Source: Fusobacteriaceae bacterium (GTDB lineage: Bacteria > Fusobacteriota > Fusobacteriia > Fusobacteriales > Fusobacteriaceae). Taken from it: 64,000 nt of DNA. Position numbers and translations under genes: made by a program. The first letter of the stretch is position 1. Every line of letters begins with the position of its first letter. The notes beneath the pieces were generated by a model. That model searched no databases and was not told the origin of the DNA. It saw nothing but the letters and a program-made list of their open reading frames with translations. The stretch is taken from positions 895-64,894 of the forward strand of contig JBOFCM010000129.1 in assembly GCA_051646055.1 (NCBI GenBank), given 5' to 3'. Positions 55,606 to 64,000 of this stretch are shown in pieces.

Positions 55606-57081
55606 ATGAGACTGTCTGAAAGAGAGTTTTTAATAATGAGCATGTTGGCTTATCTAAATTTTGAGAAAAAACATTTGGAAAAAGAGCTGCTAGAGATATT
55701 GAAAAATAGAGATATTAAACCTGATGAAAATGAAAACATGAAAATACTGAAGGGGGAAAATCTGGATATAACTTTGGATTTTTTCAGAGAGGATTTAAAG
55801 GGATGGAAAGTTCTTCATATTGAAAACAGAAGGGCACTTTCAAAATCTATCTTTAGCCGGAATGACAAGACAGGATTTTATTCAGTGTCTTTTCAGAAGG
55901 AAGAGAAGGTTATAATAGCTTACAGGGGAAGTGAGACCTATCCCATAGAAGAAGCCTATAAGGACTTTGTAGAAAATAATTTTGCCCTGGGAATAGGAAA
56001 ACGTCCTAAGCAGTTCAATGATGCGGCCTATGTAGTGGATTATCATATAAAAAAATTAGATATTCCCATAGAAAATCTGGCTATAACAGGACACTCTCTA
56101 GGAGGAGGGCTGGCACAGTTTGCGGCTCTTTACTGCCACAAGACTCATGGAAAAATTCCTGTTACATCTACATGGAATGCGGTAGGAATAAATCGGGGGG
56201 GAGTTATCCAGATGCAGGATTTTATAGATTTTGATGAAATTCTCCTCACAAAGCTGAACTGTTCAAAAAAAATGGTAGAGGTATTGCGTCCTATAAGAGA
56301 TGAGTATCTAAATATGCTCAATGAGTATAATCCAGATGAAGAGGAGGAGTTTATCTCACTTCTGGAAAAAAATAGTCGTGTGAAAATGATATTGGAAGGT
56401 CTGATAAGAAAAATATACCTCAATACCGATGCTAGAAAAGAGTTTCTAGAGAGCTTTGTTTCTCAGTTTTTTAGAGATAAGGAGATTCTAGAAAAGATAT
56501 TACAGGGAAAACAATTTATAAAAAATATACAGGAAAATAGTATCTATGGAGAAAATATAAAAAATTTCGGACACTCTGAAGATCTGACCAACATAATATT
56601 CAACCATGTTGGAGATATTAATCATGTGGATCTGAAAAAAACTGGAAAAAAAAGAGAGTCCAGTGTGGTAAAATCTCTGTTTTCCATAAAAAAAGCGGCT
56701 GTAAATTATCATTTTGAAGATGTATTTATCCCATATCTCAAAGAGAGAGGGGAGGAAGAGATGTTTTCTTCTGAATTGAATCCAGATTATATGGCCAGCT
56801 CTCTCAGGATGGCAATTTATAACGAGAAAGGATTTTCCAATGATCTATTAGCTTCATATTACAGTTGTTGCCAGATAGATTCTCAAAATTTTGGAGATAT
56901 AAGAAGCTGGCTAGTGGAAGGATTGAAAAAATCCAATAAAAATATCATATATAGAGATGAGATAATATTGGTTTTAGAAAATATGGAGACAGAAAAATTT
57001 AGAGAGCTCTGGGAAAAAATAAAGGAGAGAATGTCATCTCCTTTTAGAAAAAAAGATATATTTGATGTAATTGTATATTAG
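55606..57081 (+). CDS. Alpha/beta-hydrolase, lipase class 3 / DUF2974 (Mbeg1)-like N-terminal domain with ~270-aa uncharacterised C-terminal region
   Basis: IIAYRGSE ... nucleophile elbow ITGHSLGGGLAQFAAL ... TWNAVGIN. No signal peptide or TM segment. The C-terminal half has no recognisable motif. Confidence 0.6.
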   Translation: MRLSEREFLIMSMLAYLNFEKKHLEKELLEILKNRDIKPDENENMKILKGENLDITLDFFREDLKGWKVLHIENRRALSKSIFSRNDKTGFYSVSFQKEEKVIIAYRGSETYPIEEAYKDFVENNFALGIGKRPKQFNDAAYVVDYHIKKLDIPIENLAITGHSLGGGLAQFAALYCHKTHGKIPVTSTWNAVGINRGGVIQMQDFIDFDEILLTKLNCSKKMVEVLRPIRDEYLNMLNEYNPDEEEEFISLLEKNSRVKMILEGLIRKIYLNTDARKEFLESFVSQFFRDKEILEKILQGKQFIKNIQENSIYGENIKNFGHSEDLTNIIFNHVGDINHVDLKKTGKKRESSVVKSLFSIKKAAVNYHFEDVFIPYLKERGEEEMFSSELNPDYMASSLRMAIYNEKGFSNDLLASYYSCCQIDSQNFGDIRSWLVEGLKKSNKNIIYRDEIILVLENMETEKFRELWEKIKERMSSPFRKKDIFDVIVY

Positions 57082-57093
57082 GAGAGGAGAGAG

Positions 57094-58305
57094 ATGTCTA
57101 TTTTTAACAATGAGATAATAGAGATAATAAAGAAATCTCTAGAGGATAAAAAATTTAGAAAATCAGTTTTTTCATCAGCTTTGAAAGGTGATATAGAAAA
57201 ACTTAATATAAAGCCTATATTGATAAAGGAGAAAATTTTTTATCAGGTAGAGGAGTTTAAGGAGAGAAAAGCCTATCATAGAAATATGGAGGAGAGGGAA
57301 GTTTTTCAATATATATTGGAAATGGGAGAAAATTTTAAAAATATAAATATTTTCTCTGCAGAAGTGGAACTTGCCATTATCAACAATGGAAAAAAACTTC
57401 ATGTGAAGAAAAAAAATATTTCTCAGGAAGGGACTTTGGAAATAAAAAAACATAACAGAGATAAAAAATATATTATCCCAGAAGGGAATCCTGTCCCTTT
57501 TCTTCAAGATCTTGGAATCATGGATGGAGATGGAAAAGTTCTGAAAAATTCCTATAGCAAATTCAGACAGATAAACAGATACCTAGAATTTATAAGAGAT
57601 GTGATAGATGAACTCAAAGAGAAAAACAGTTTAGGAGACAAAATAAAAGTTGTGGACTTCGGAAGCGGAAAATCCTATCTGACTTTTGTTCTATATTACT
57701 ATCTGAAATTTATAAGAGAGATGGATGTACTGGTGGTAGGACTGGATCTGAAAAAAGATGTTATGAAGCATTGTGCAGGACTGGCAGAAAAATATGGATT
57801 CCAGGATATGAAATTTATCTATGGAGATATAAAAGATTTTAATGAGCTGGAGAGTGTGGATCTGGTATTTTCTCTTCATGCCTGTAATAATGCCACAGAC
57901 TATGCACTTCAGAAAGGTCTGGAAATGAATGCCAAAGCTATACTGGCTGTCCCGTGCTGTCATAAAGAGTTCAACCAGAAACTTTCCAAGGTGAAAAAGA
58001 GTCCTATGGAGGAATCTCTACCCCTACTTTTGGAGCATGGCATACTTCAAGAAAAATTCAGTTCTCTTCTTACAGAGAGTTTCAGGGCAGGAGTTCTAGA
58101 GATGTGCGGATATCGTAGTACAGTTATGGAGTTTATAGATACTGAGCACACGCCAAAAAATCTTCTTATAAAAGCTATAAGGGATAAAAGTGTGGAGAAA
58201 AATTTCAATAAAAAACAGGAGCAGTGCCTTGGACTTATAAAATTTGCAGGTATAGAGCCTATGTTTTATGATCTTATGAAGCCATATTTTAAAGGGGGAG
58301 CTTAG
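57094..58305 (+). CDS. Class I SAM-dependent methyltransferase (Methyltransf_32-like) with ~160-aa uncharacterised N-terminal domain
   Basis: SAM motif I VVDFGSGKSYLT and LHACNNATD downstream. Substrate unknown. Confidence 0.6.
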   Translation: MSIFNNEIIEIIKKSLEDKKFRKSVFSSALKGDIEKLNIKPILIKEKIFYQVEEFKERKAYHRNMEEREVFQYILEMGENFKNINIFSAEVELAIINNGKKLHVKKKNISQEGTLEIKKHNRDKKYIIPEGNPVPFLQDLGIMDGDGKVLKNSYSKFRQINRYLEFIRDVIDELKEKNSLGDKIKVVDFGSGKSYLTFVLYYYLKFIREMDVLVVGLDLKKDVMKHCAGLAEKYGFQDMKFIYGDIKDFNELESVDLVFSLHACNNATDYALQKGLEMNAKAILAVPCCHKEFNQKLSKVKKSPMEESLPLLLEHGILQEKFSSLLTESFRAGVLEMCGYRSTVMEFIDTEHTPKNLLIKAIRDKSVEKNFNKKQEQCLGLIKFAGIEPMFYDLMKPYFKGGA

Positions 58306-59328
58306 ATGCTTTATTTTATATATGGAGACGGAGCACCTCTCTATCTGAAAACAGATGAGATACTGGAAGAGATAGGAGGTAAGAATCCTGGGATTTCAAA
58401 AAAAACTTTTGATTGTTCTATCGGAGAGATTGAAAGTTTTATTGAATCTGTATCGCAAAATTCTATGTTTGCCTCAAAAGAACAACTTCTTGTAAAGAGA
58501 TTTGAAAGATTGAAGCACGCTGACAGAGAGAGAGTTCTCAAGATACTTAACAGTTTAAATCTTGCAACAAAAGAGATAGTTTTTTCCTATGAGGAGGAGA
58601 CAGATGAGTTTGGGAGAAGAGTGGATGAACTGGGAGATGAGAAAAAGAAAAAAGATAAACTAGTAAAAGGTTTTGAAAAAATAGGGGTAGTTATCTGTCA
58701 GAGAAAAGAAAATCAGCTTAAAAGTTCAATTTTTTATGCTTCCAGAGAGCTCAATATCGGTGAAAGGGAAGCTGAACAGCTCATCGATATAGTCGGTGAG
58801 GAGATATTCAAACTTCGAAATGAGATAGAGAAAATAAAAAGTTTTTTGGGCGGAAGAGATTATTCTTTGGAACTGGTGAGAGATATTCTCTCCCAAAGCC
58901 GTGAATATAAATCTAAAAAAATATTGGAAACAATGATTGAAAAAAGAGAGCCTAAAGAGGTATTGGGATATCTCGAGCAGGAGAAAGAATATTTTTCTGT
59001 TTTATCAGGAATTTTTGAAGAGTTTTTGAGTATGTATAAGATCAAACTTTTAGAAGAGAGCAGAGAGATCAGTCTGAATATGAGCTACAATGATTTTAAG
59101 GGAGCACCCTATGAAAAAATAAAAGAGAGGTTTCTGAATTCTTATTCATGGAGACCTCTAGCTGCGTATCCGATTTTTCTGAAATTCAAATTTTGTAAAT
59201 TTTATACTCTTCAGGAACTGGAAAAAGCCTTGAAGAAAATAGGAGAGATAGAATATAATCACAAGAGCGGAGAGTTACCTATAGAGATCTCTCTTCCGCT
59301 ATTTTTAATAGAGACCTTTAGAAAGTAG
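58306..59328 (+). CDS. holA: DNA polymerase III delta subunit (HolA)-like
   Basis: 340 aa. The N-terminus (LYFIYGDGAPLYL) and the length fit HolA. Weakly conserved family, so this is recall-based. Confidence 0.55.
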   Translation: MLYFIYGDGAPLYLKTDEILEEIGGKNPGISKKTFDCSIGEIESFIESVSQNSMFASKEQLLVKRFERLKHADRERVLKILNSLNLATKEIVFSYEEETDEFGRRVDELGDEKKKKDKLVKGFEKIGVVICQRKENQLKSSIFYASRELNIGEREAEQLIDIVGEEIFKLRNEIEKIKSFLGGRDYSLELVRDILSQSREYKSKKILETMIEKREPKEVLGYLEQEKEYFSVLSGIFEEFLSMYKIKLLEESREISLNMSYNDFKGAPYEKIKERFLNSYSWRPLAAYPIFLKFKFCKFYTLQELEKALKKIGEIEYNHKSGELPIEISLPLFLIETFRK

Positions 59329-59333
59329 GAAAA

Positions 59334-60353
59334 ATGAGAGATTTAATAGAGATAACAGATAAAATTTTGCAGAACAGAGGCCTTGTGGGAGTGGTTTCTT
59401 CATCCCTGTTCCTAATATGTCTGGGAATATATGCGGGGAAAAAAGAGATTTTGAAAAAAGATGCAGCTGGGGTATTGAGCAATATAGTTTTGACCCTGTC
59501 TATTCCAGCACTATGTGTCACGGCTTTTCTTCAGGATTTCAACAGAGAAATATTGGAAGAGGGCTTCAATCTTCTTATCTGGAGTTTTGTGATTCACCTT
59601 CTCCTTATGGGGGCGGTAGGAGTTTTCTTTTTCAGACATGGAAAAGAGAAAAAGACGACTTTGGAGATACTGACTGCCTTCGGTGGTGTGACAGTTTTTG
59701 GAATTCCTATAGCCCAGGCTCTCTATGGAGATACCGGGATAGTCTATGCTTCTATCTACTGTATAGCTTATAGAGTTTTTTTATACAGCTACGGATATGC
59801 TAAGATGGCGGACATTCATATAAGAAAAGAAAACCTTCTAGGGATATTTCTCAATCCCGTCATAATAATCACTTTTATAAGTATGGGATTCTGGGCTTTT
59901 CAGGATCTGATGCCCCAAGTTATCATAGGTGAGAGAAGCTACTCTATGTTCAGAATAGATAAAACGATGTTCTGGATTTTTAAGCCCCTATCTTATCTTG
60001 CGGGACTCTGTTCACCTTTGGCATGGTTGGCTACAGGGCTAAAACTGTCAGAAAGTTCTTTTAAAGAGAGCCTAACAAGTGTGGATGCATGGTACTATTC
60101 TCTGGTGAAAGTTATTCTGATTCCAGTGTTATTTTATTTTATAATTAATAATCTTTCTAGAGGTGGATTTTTCCCACTTTCCCCTCTTGCTCTCAGAGTA
60201 GCAATGATAATGCTGAGCACACCTGCCGCTTCTGTGGTTATAGCTTATGCTATAAAATACAGGAAAGAACCAGAGATAGCTTCAAAATGTTCCCTGGTAT
60301 CTACCCTCATAAGTATAGGATTTCTTCCCTTTATAATAATATTCATGCGTTAA
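59334..60353 (+). CDS. AEC (auxin efflux carrier) family transporter
   Basis: 339-aa, ~10-TM protein with two 5-TM halves. Family call is by overall pattern only. Confidence 0.55.
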   Translation: MRDLIEITDKILQNRGLVGVVSSSLFLICLGIYAGKKEILKKDAAGVLSNIVLTLSIPALCVTAFLQDFNREILEEGFNLLIWSFVIHLLLMGAVGVFFFRHGKEKKTTLEILTAFGGVTVFGIPIAQALYGDTGIVYASIYCIAYRVFLYSYGYAKMADIHIRKENLLGIFLNPVIIITFISMGFWAFQDLMPQVIIGERSYSMFRIDKTMFWIFKPLSYLAGLCSPLAWLATGLKLSESSFKESLTSVDAWYYSLVKVILIPVLFYFIINNLSRGGFFPLSPLALRVAMIMLSTPAASVVIAYAIKYRKEPEIASKCSLVSTLISIGFLPFIIIFMR

Positions 60354-60416
60354 ATTTTAGTGCAAAACTTTAAAAAATATGTTATAATATCGAATAATAA
60401 TTTATGGAGGATTGGT

Positions 60417-61355
60417 ATGTCTTATATTCTTGTGTTCGGTTCATCGGTAGTTGATATTTTTGGGTTTTGTGGAAATAGATATAAACAATCAGACTCTATC
60501 CCGGGGACGGTAAAGATCTCTTTTGGAGGAGTTTCGAGAAATATAGCTGAAAATATGGCCAGGGTAGGAGTAGATGTAAAATTTATATCTATACTTGGAG
60601 ATGATGAGATTGGTAGATCTATGCTGTCTCATTCGAAAGAGGTTGGCTATGATATGTCTGAGTCCATGATAATAAAGGACAGAGCAACACCGACTTATAT
60701 GGCGATACTCAATGAAGAGGGAGAGATGGTTTCTGCCGTAGCGGATATGTCGGTAATAGAAGCCATGACTGAGGAGTTTATCTACTCTAAAAAAGAGATG
60801 TTCCAAGGTGCTGAATATACATTCTTAGATGCAGACGATCCAAAAACTTTAGAATATATACTGACAACTTTTTACGGAAAAACAAAGTTTATACTGGATC
60901 CAATCTCATGTTCAAAAGCTTACGGTGTTAGACACCTGCTGAAATACTTCCACACTATTAAGCCTAACAGATTGGAAGCAGAGGTTATGGTCGGGTTTAA
61001 AATAGAGAACGAAGAGGATCTAAAACGTGCAGGAAAAAATCTTTTAGATCTGGGAATAGAAAATGTATTTATAAGCTTGGATGAAGATGGAATATTCTAT
61101 ATGAACAAGGAGACATCAGGAAGAGTAAAAGCAAAAAATGTAACTGTAAGAAATGTAACAGGTGCAGGGGACTCTTTTGTTGCAGGATTGGGATATGGAT
61201 ATAGCCATGGACTTTCTCTTATTGAAAGTCTGAAATTTGCAATAACAATGTCTACAATTACGATTTCACATAAGGAAACTATCCATCCTGAGATGGGTTA
61301 TGATAAAGTTGTGGAAATTCAGAAAGAACTTCAATGGGAAGAGAAAACTTTTTAG
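60417..61355 (+). CDS. PfkB-family carbohydrate/nucleoside kinase (pseudouridine-kinase-like)
   Basis: N-terminal ILVFGSSVVDIFG and C-terminal GAGDSFVAG anion-hole motif. ATG 60417 follows GGAGG. Confidence 0.7.
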   Translation: MSYILVFGSSVVDIFGFCGNRYKQSDSIPGTVKISFGGVSRNIAENMARVGVDVKFISILGDDEIGRSMLSHSKEVGYDMSESMIIKDRATPTYMAILNEEGEMVSAVADMSVIEAMTEEFIYSKKEMFQGAEYTFLDADDPKTLEYILTTFYGKTKFILDPISCSKAYGVRHLLKYFHTIKPNRLEAEVMVGFKIENEEDLKRAGKNLLDLGIENVFISLDEDGIFYMNKETSGRVKAKNVTVRNVTGAGDSFVAGLGYGYSHGLSLIESLKFAITMSTITISHKETIHPEMGYDKVVEIQKELQWEEKTF

Positions 61356-61374
61356 TTTTCTCTTCTTTTTTTTT
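61338..61374 (+). terminator. Intrinsic terminator overlapping the kinase stop codon
   Basis: Stem GAAGAGAAAAC / GTTTTCTCTTC followed by T9. Confidence 0.7.
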
Positions 61375-61399
61375 CGGAAAATTGAAAGCTAACTTTATA

Positions 61400-61428
61400 T
61401 TGACAGTAACAAGGAATTGATTTATAAT
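61400..61428 (+). promoter_or_regulatory. Consensus promoter of the ABC importer operon
   Basis: TTGACA (61400-61405), 17-nt spacer, TATAAT (61423-61428). Confidence 0.55.
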
Positions 61429-61467
61429 ATATTTTGTAATTCAAAATAATTGACCGGAGGTTACTTT

Positions 61468-62412
61468 GTGGTTCTATTTTTTATATTTTTAATTTTAACA
61501 ATAGCTTCAACTATGATAGGAGTAGCAAATATTGATATAAATGAGCTTCTAAATTCAGGAAGCCACAGTTTCAACATTATTGTGCTGAGCAGAATTCCAA
61601 GGACTATGAGCATAATAGCGACAGGATTTGGGATGAGTATCTGTGGACTGATAATGCAGCAGCTTACTCGGAATAAATTTGTTTCACCCACCACAGCAGG
61701 AACTGCAGATTCCTCTAAACTGGGAATATTGATAGCTCTACTGTTTTTTCCAGGAGAATCCCTTATGGTAAAAATGTTAGTAGCAACTATTTTTTCATTG
61801 GCGGGAACTTTTATCTTTCTAGCCAGTATAAAAAAAATAAGAGGAGAGAACAGTGCTTTAGTTCCTCTTATGGGTATCATGATTGGAGGAATACTGAGTT
61901 CTCTGACTACTCTCTTTGCATATAAGGGAGATATGATTCAGAGTATAGTGGCGTGGATGTTTGGAGATTTTTCTGGAATTTTAAAAGGAAATTATGAACT
62001 TCTTTACATTTTGATTCCTTTGATAGTAGTAGCATTTATATATTCTAAACAGTTTACTCTTTCGGGAATGGGGGAGGACTTTGCCAGAAATCTGGGTATA
62101 AATTATAACTTAATAGTAAATTTAGGGATGGGAATAGTCTGTGTGATTTCATCTCTTATAATGATAACTGTGGGGGGAATACCTTTTTTAGGTCTTATCA
62201 TCCCAAATATAGTTTCCATTTTTTATGGAGATAACCTCTCTAAAACACTTATGACCACAGGAGTTATAGGAGCAATATTTCTTTTGAGTTGTGATATCTT
62301 AGGAAGGGTTCTGATATATCCCTATGAGATTCCAATCGGGCTTATTACAGGAGTTATCGGGAGCGGAATATTTTTAACTCTTATTTTCAGGAGGATGAAA
62401 CATGAATCATAA
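61468..62412 (+). CDS. FecCD-family iron-chelate/siderophore ABC transporter permease
   Basis: ~10-TM protein with an FecCD-type C-terminus (PIGLITGVIGSGIFLTLI). GTG 61468 lies 7 nt after GGAGG. Confidence 0.8.
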   Translation: MVLFFIFLILTIASTMIGVANIDINELLNSGSHSFNIIVLSRIPRTMSIIATGFGMSICGLIMQQLTRNKFVSPTTAGTADSSKLGILIALLFFPGESLMVKMLVATIFSLAGTFIFLASIKKIRGENSALVPLMGIMIGGILSSLTTLFAYKGDMIQSIVAWMFGDFSGILKGNYELLYILIPLIVVAFIYSKQFTLSGMGEDFARNLGINYNLIVNLGMGIVCVISSLIMITVGGIPFLGLIIPNIVSIFYGDNLSKTLMTTGVIGAIFLLSCDILGRVLIYPYEIPIGLITGVIGSGIFLTLIFRRMKHES

Positions 62413-63370
62413 ATACAAAGAGATAGAAAAAAATTTACTGAATCTAACCCTATTTATGGGAGTGGTTATACTATGTATGCTATTTTGGGGAGTAAATGGA
62501 AGCAATGGAAAATTTCTACTGACTCTCAGAGGGGGAAAGATTTTCGCTATTATTTTAAGCGGGAGCTGTATAGGTATATCCACAGTGATTTTTCAGACAA
62601 TAACTAGAAGCAGAATTTTGACCCCCAGTATAATGGGTCTGGACTCTCTGTATATTTTCTTGCAGACGGCTATAATATTTTTCTTTAAATATATACCCAA
62701 AGAGTTCAATGGAAGTTTTGTAAGATTTATCTTTTCAACTTTTTGTATGGTGGGACTAACACTGGTACTTCAAAAAGCTTTTTTTAGGGGAGAGAAACCA
62801 AAAATACTTTATCTCATACTTATAGGGATGGTAGGAGGAACTTTTCTAGAGTCACTCTCCAATGCCATGCAGGTTTTTCTTAATCCAGAAGATTTTTTGA
62901 TTTTACAGAATCTTATATACGCCAGTTACTCAAAAGTTGAAATGAATCTTTTGCTCCTGGCCTATGCTATTATTTTAGTTGTAATATATTTTATTAAAAA
63001 TGATTTCAGAAATCTAGATGTTTTGGCGTTGGGATATGAAAATTCTATAAATTTAGGATTAGATTATAACAAGCTTCTCAGAAAATTTTTTATAACTATC
63101 GGAATTTTAGTTTCGGTTTCTACGGCTTTGGTAGGTCCAATAACATTTTTGGGACTTCTTACTGTAAATCTAGCTAAGGAAATTTTTCCCACATATATGC
63201 ACAGATATATTCTTTTTGGAAGTGTAGTTTTGAGTATAATCCTGCTTCTTCTAGGGCAGTTTTTGGTGGAGAAAATTTTCAGTAACAGTTTTCCTGTCAG
63301 CATAGTAATAAACCTCTTGGGGGGAAGCTATCTGATGTATATGATTTTAAAGGAGAGGAGAGTGGCATGA
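62402..63370 (+). CDS. FecCD-family iron-chelate/siderophore ABC transporter permease (second subunit)
   Basis: Paralogous polytopic protein, overlapping the upstream gene by 11 nt. Confidence 0.8.
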   Translation: MNHKYKEIEKNLLNLTLFMGVVILCMLFWGVNGSNGKFLLTLRGGKIFAIILSGSCIGISTVIFQTITRSRILTPSIMGLDSLYIFLQTAIIFFFKYIPKEFNGSFVRFIFSTFCMVGLTLVLQKAFFRGEKPKILYLILIGMVGGTFLESLSNAMQVFLNPEDFLILQNLIYASYSKVEMNLLLLAYAIILVVIYFIKNDFRNLDVLALGYENSINLGLDYNKLLRKFFITIGILVSVSTALVGPITFLGLLTVNLAKEIFPTYMHRYILFGSVVLSIILLLLGQFLVEKIFSNSFPVSIVINLLGGSYLMYMILKERRVA

Positions 63371-64000
63371 TAAAAGTATCAGGTATAAATAAAAAATATG
63401 GGGAGCGTATTGTGGTGGATAATGTTTCTCTTGAAATTCCTCAAGGAAAAATTACTTCGATAATAGGACCAAACGGAGCGGGAAAGAGTACGCTTCTATC
63501 TATAATGAGCAGACTTTTAAAGGCGAATTCCGGAGATGTGAAAGTGAATGATAAAAATATAGAGCTTTGGGATAAAAAAGAGCTCTCTAAAACACTTGCA
63601 ATATTGAAACAGGAGAACAGCACCAATATGAAACTGACTGTTTATGAGCTAGTTTCCTTTGGAAGATTTCCTCATAATCCAGGTAAGCTCCAAAAAGAGG
63701 ATAGAAAAATCATAGATAAGGCCATAAAATATATGGATCTAGAAGAATTCCAAAACAGATATCTGGATGAGCTAAGCGGTGGACAGAGGCAGAGAGCCTA
63801 TATTGCCATGACAATTGCTCAGGATACAGAATATATTCTACTGGATGAGCCATTAAATAATTTGGATATGAAAAATTCGGTACATATGATGAAAAGTTTA
63901 AGAAAAATGGTGGATGATCTGAATAAAACTGTAGTCTTAGTTATGCACGATATAAACTTTACATCAGTCTACTCAGATTATATAGTGGCCATGAAGAATG
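63367..64000 (+). CDS. ABC transporter ATP-binding protein (FecE/YclP-like), 3' end outside window
   Basis: Hand-translated with no stop to the window end. Walker A GPNGAGKST, signature LSGGQRQRA, Walker B ILLDEP. ATGA overlap with the permease. Not listed in the ORF track. Confidence 0.85.
   Translation, partial: MIKVSGINKKYGERIVVDNVSLEIPQGKITSIIGPNGAGKSTLLSIMSRLLKANSGDVKVNDKNIELWDKKELSKTLAILKQENSTNMKLTVYELVSFGRFPHNPGKLQKEDRKIIDKAIKYMDLEEFQNRYLDELSGGQRQRAYIAMTIAQDTEYILLDEPLNNLDMKNSVHMMKSLRKMVDDLNKTVVLVMHDINFTSVYSDYIVAMKN

Noticed and set aside
61429-61467. Possible Fur box between the consensus promoter and the iron-chelate ABC operon
   Set aside because: The region is AT-rich, but I find only isolated NATWAT hexamers. 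There is no convincing 19-bp GATAATGATAATCATTATC-like site by eye, and a position weight matrix scan would be needed.
1-64000. Scanned for CRISPR arrays, IS or transposase, integrase, phage, toxin-antitoxin or known defence-system genes
   Set aside because: None seen. There are no spaced direct-repeat arrays and no recombinase-like ORFs. The only YwqK-like (antitoxin-family) protein carries a signal peptide and has no adjacent toxin gene.

Overview
AT-rich (judged by eye, not computed), densely packed chromosomal core region. I call 59 protein-coding genes (the first and last are cut by the window edges), one tRNA-Arg(UCG), two purine riboswitches, 13 intrinsic terminators and several near-consensus sigma70-type promoters. 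I found no transposase, integrase, phage genes, CRISPR array, rRNA or obvious pseudogene. Main blocks, in order: (1) transporters plus a solo tRNA (SSS symporter, UPF0016 cation transporter, PTS EIIBC, beta-carbonic anhydrase, nitroreductase). (2) rlmN and a class A PBP. (3) A folate-dependent histidine-utilisation cluster, hutH-hutU-formimidoyltransferase-hutI-cyclodeaminase-fhs. (4) Envelope-stress and transport genes on the minus strand (YeaQ/GlsB-like, Spy/CpxP-like, AbgT). (5) A TetR-TolC-MFP-RND efflux operon with a trailing small orphan. (6) Housekeeping genes: dtd, pncB, mgsA, psd, AI-2E, THUMP methyltransferase, cyclophilin, yajC, type III glutamine synthetase, ABC-F. (7) Two convergent NCS2 purine permeases, each behind its own purine riboswitch. 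One is predicted guanine-class with a terminator; the other is adenine-class and abuts the Shine-Dalgarno. (8) amidase-GerMN-yqeK-rnr-smpB, then rpsT. (9) A DinG-type helicase with an N-terminal JAB/MPN domain, pgpH-ybeY, a dgkA/PAP2 fusion, a lipase-like orphan, an orphan methyltransferase, and holA. (10) An AEC transporter, a PfkB kinase and an iron-chelate-type ABC importer. The mix of diderm markers (TolC, AMIN-amidase), Firmicute-like operon order and AT richness suggests a Fusobacteriota-like genome; this is inference only. All functional calls rest on motifs and family recall read from the translated ORFs, since no database search was possible. Start codons were adjusted where a clear RBS favoured an internal start. 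I see no clear novel multi-gene system. The best candidates for follow-up are the paired riboswitch/permease locus, the JAB-DinG fusion, and the lipase-like plus methyltransferase pair next to the dgkA-PAP2 fusion.
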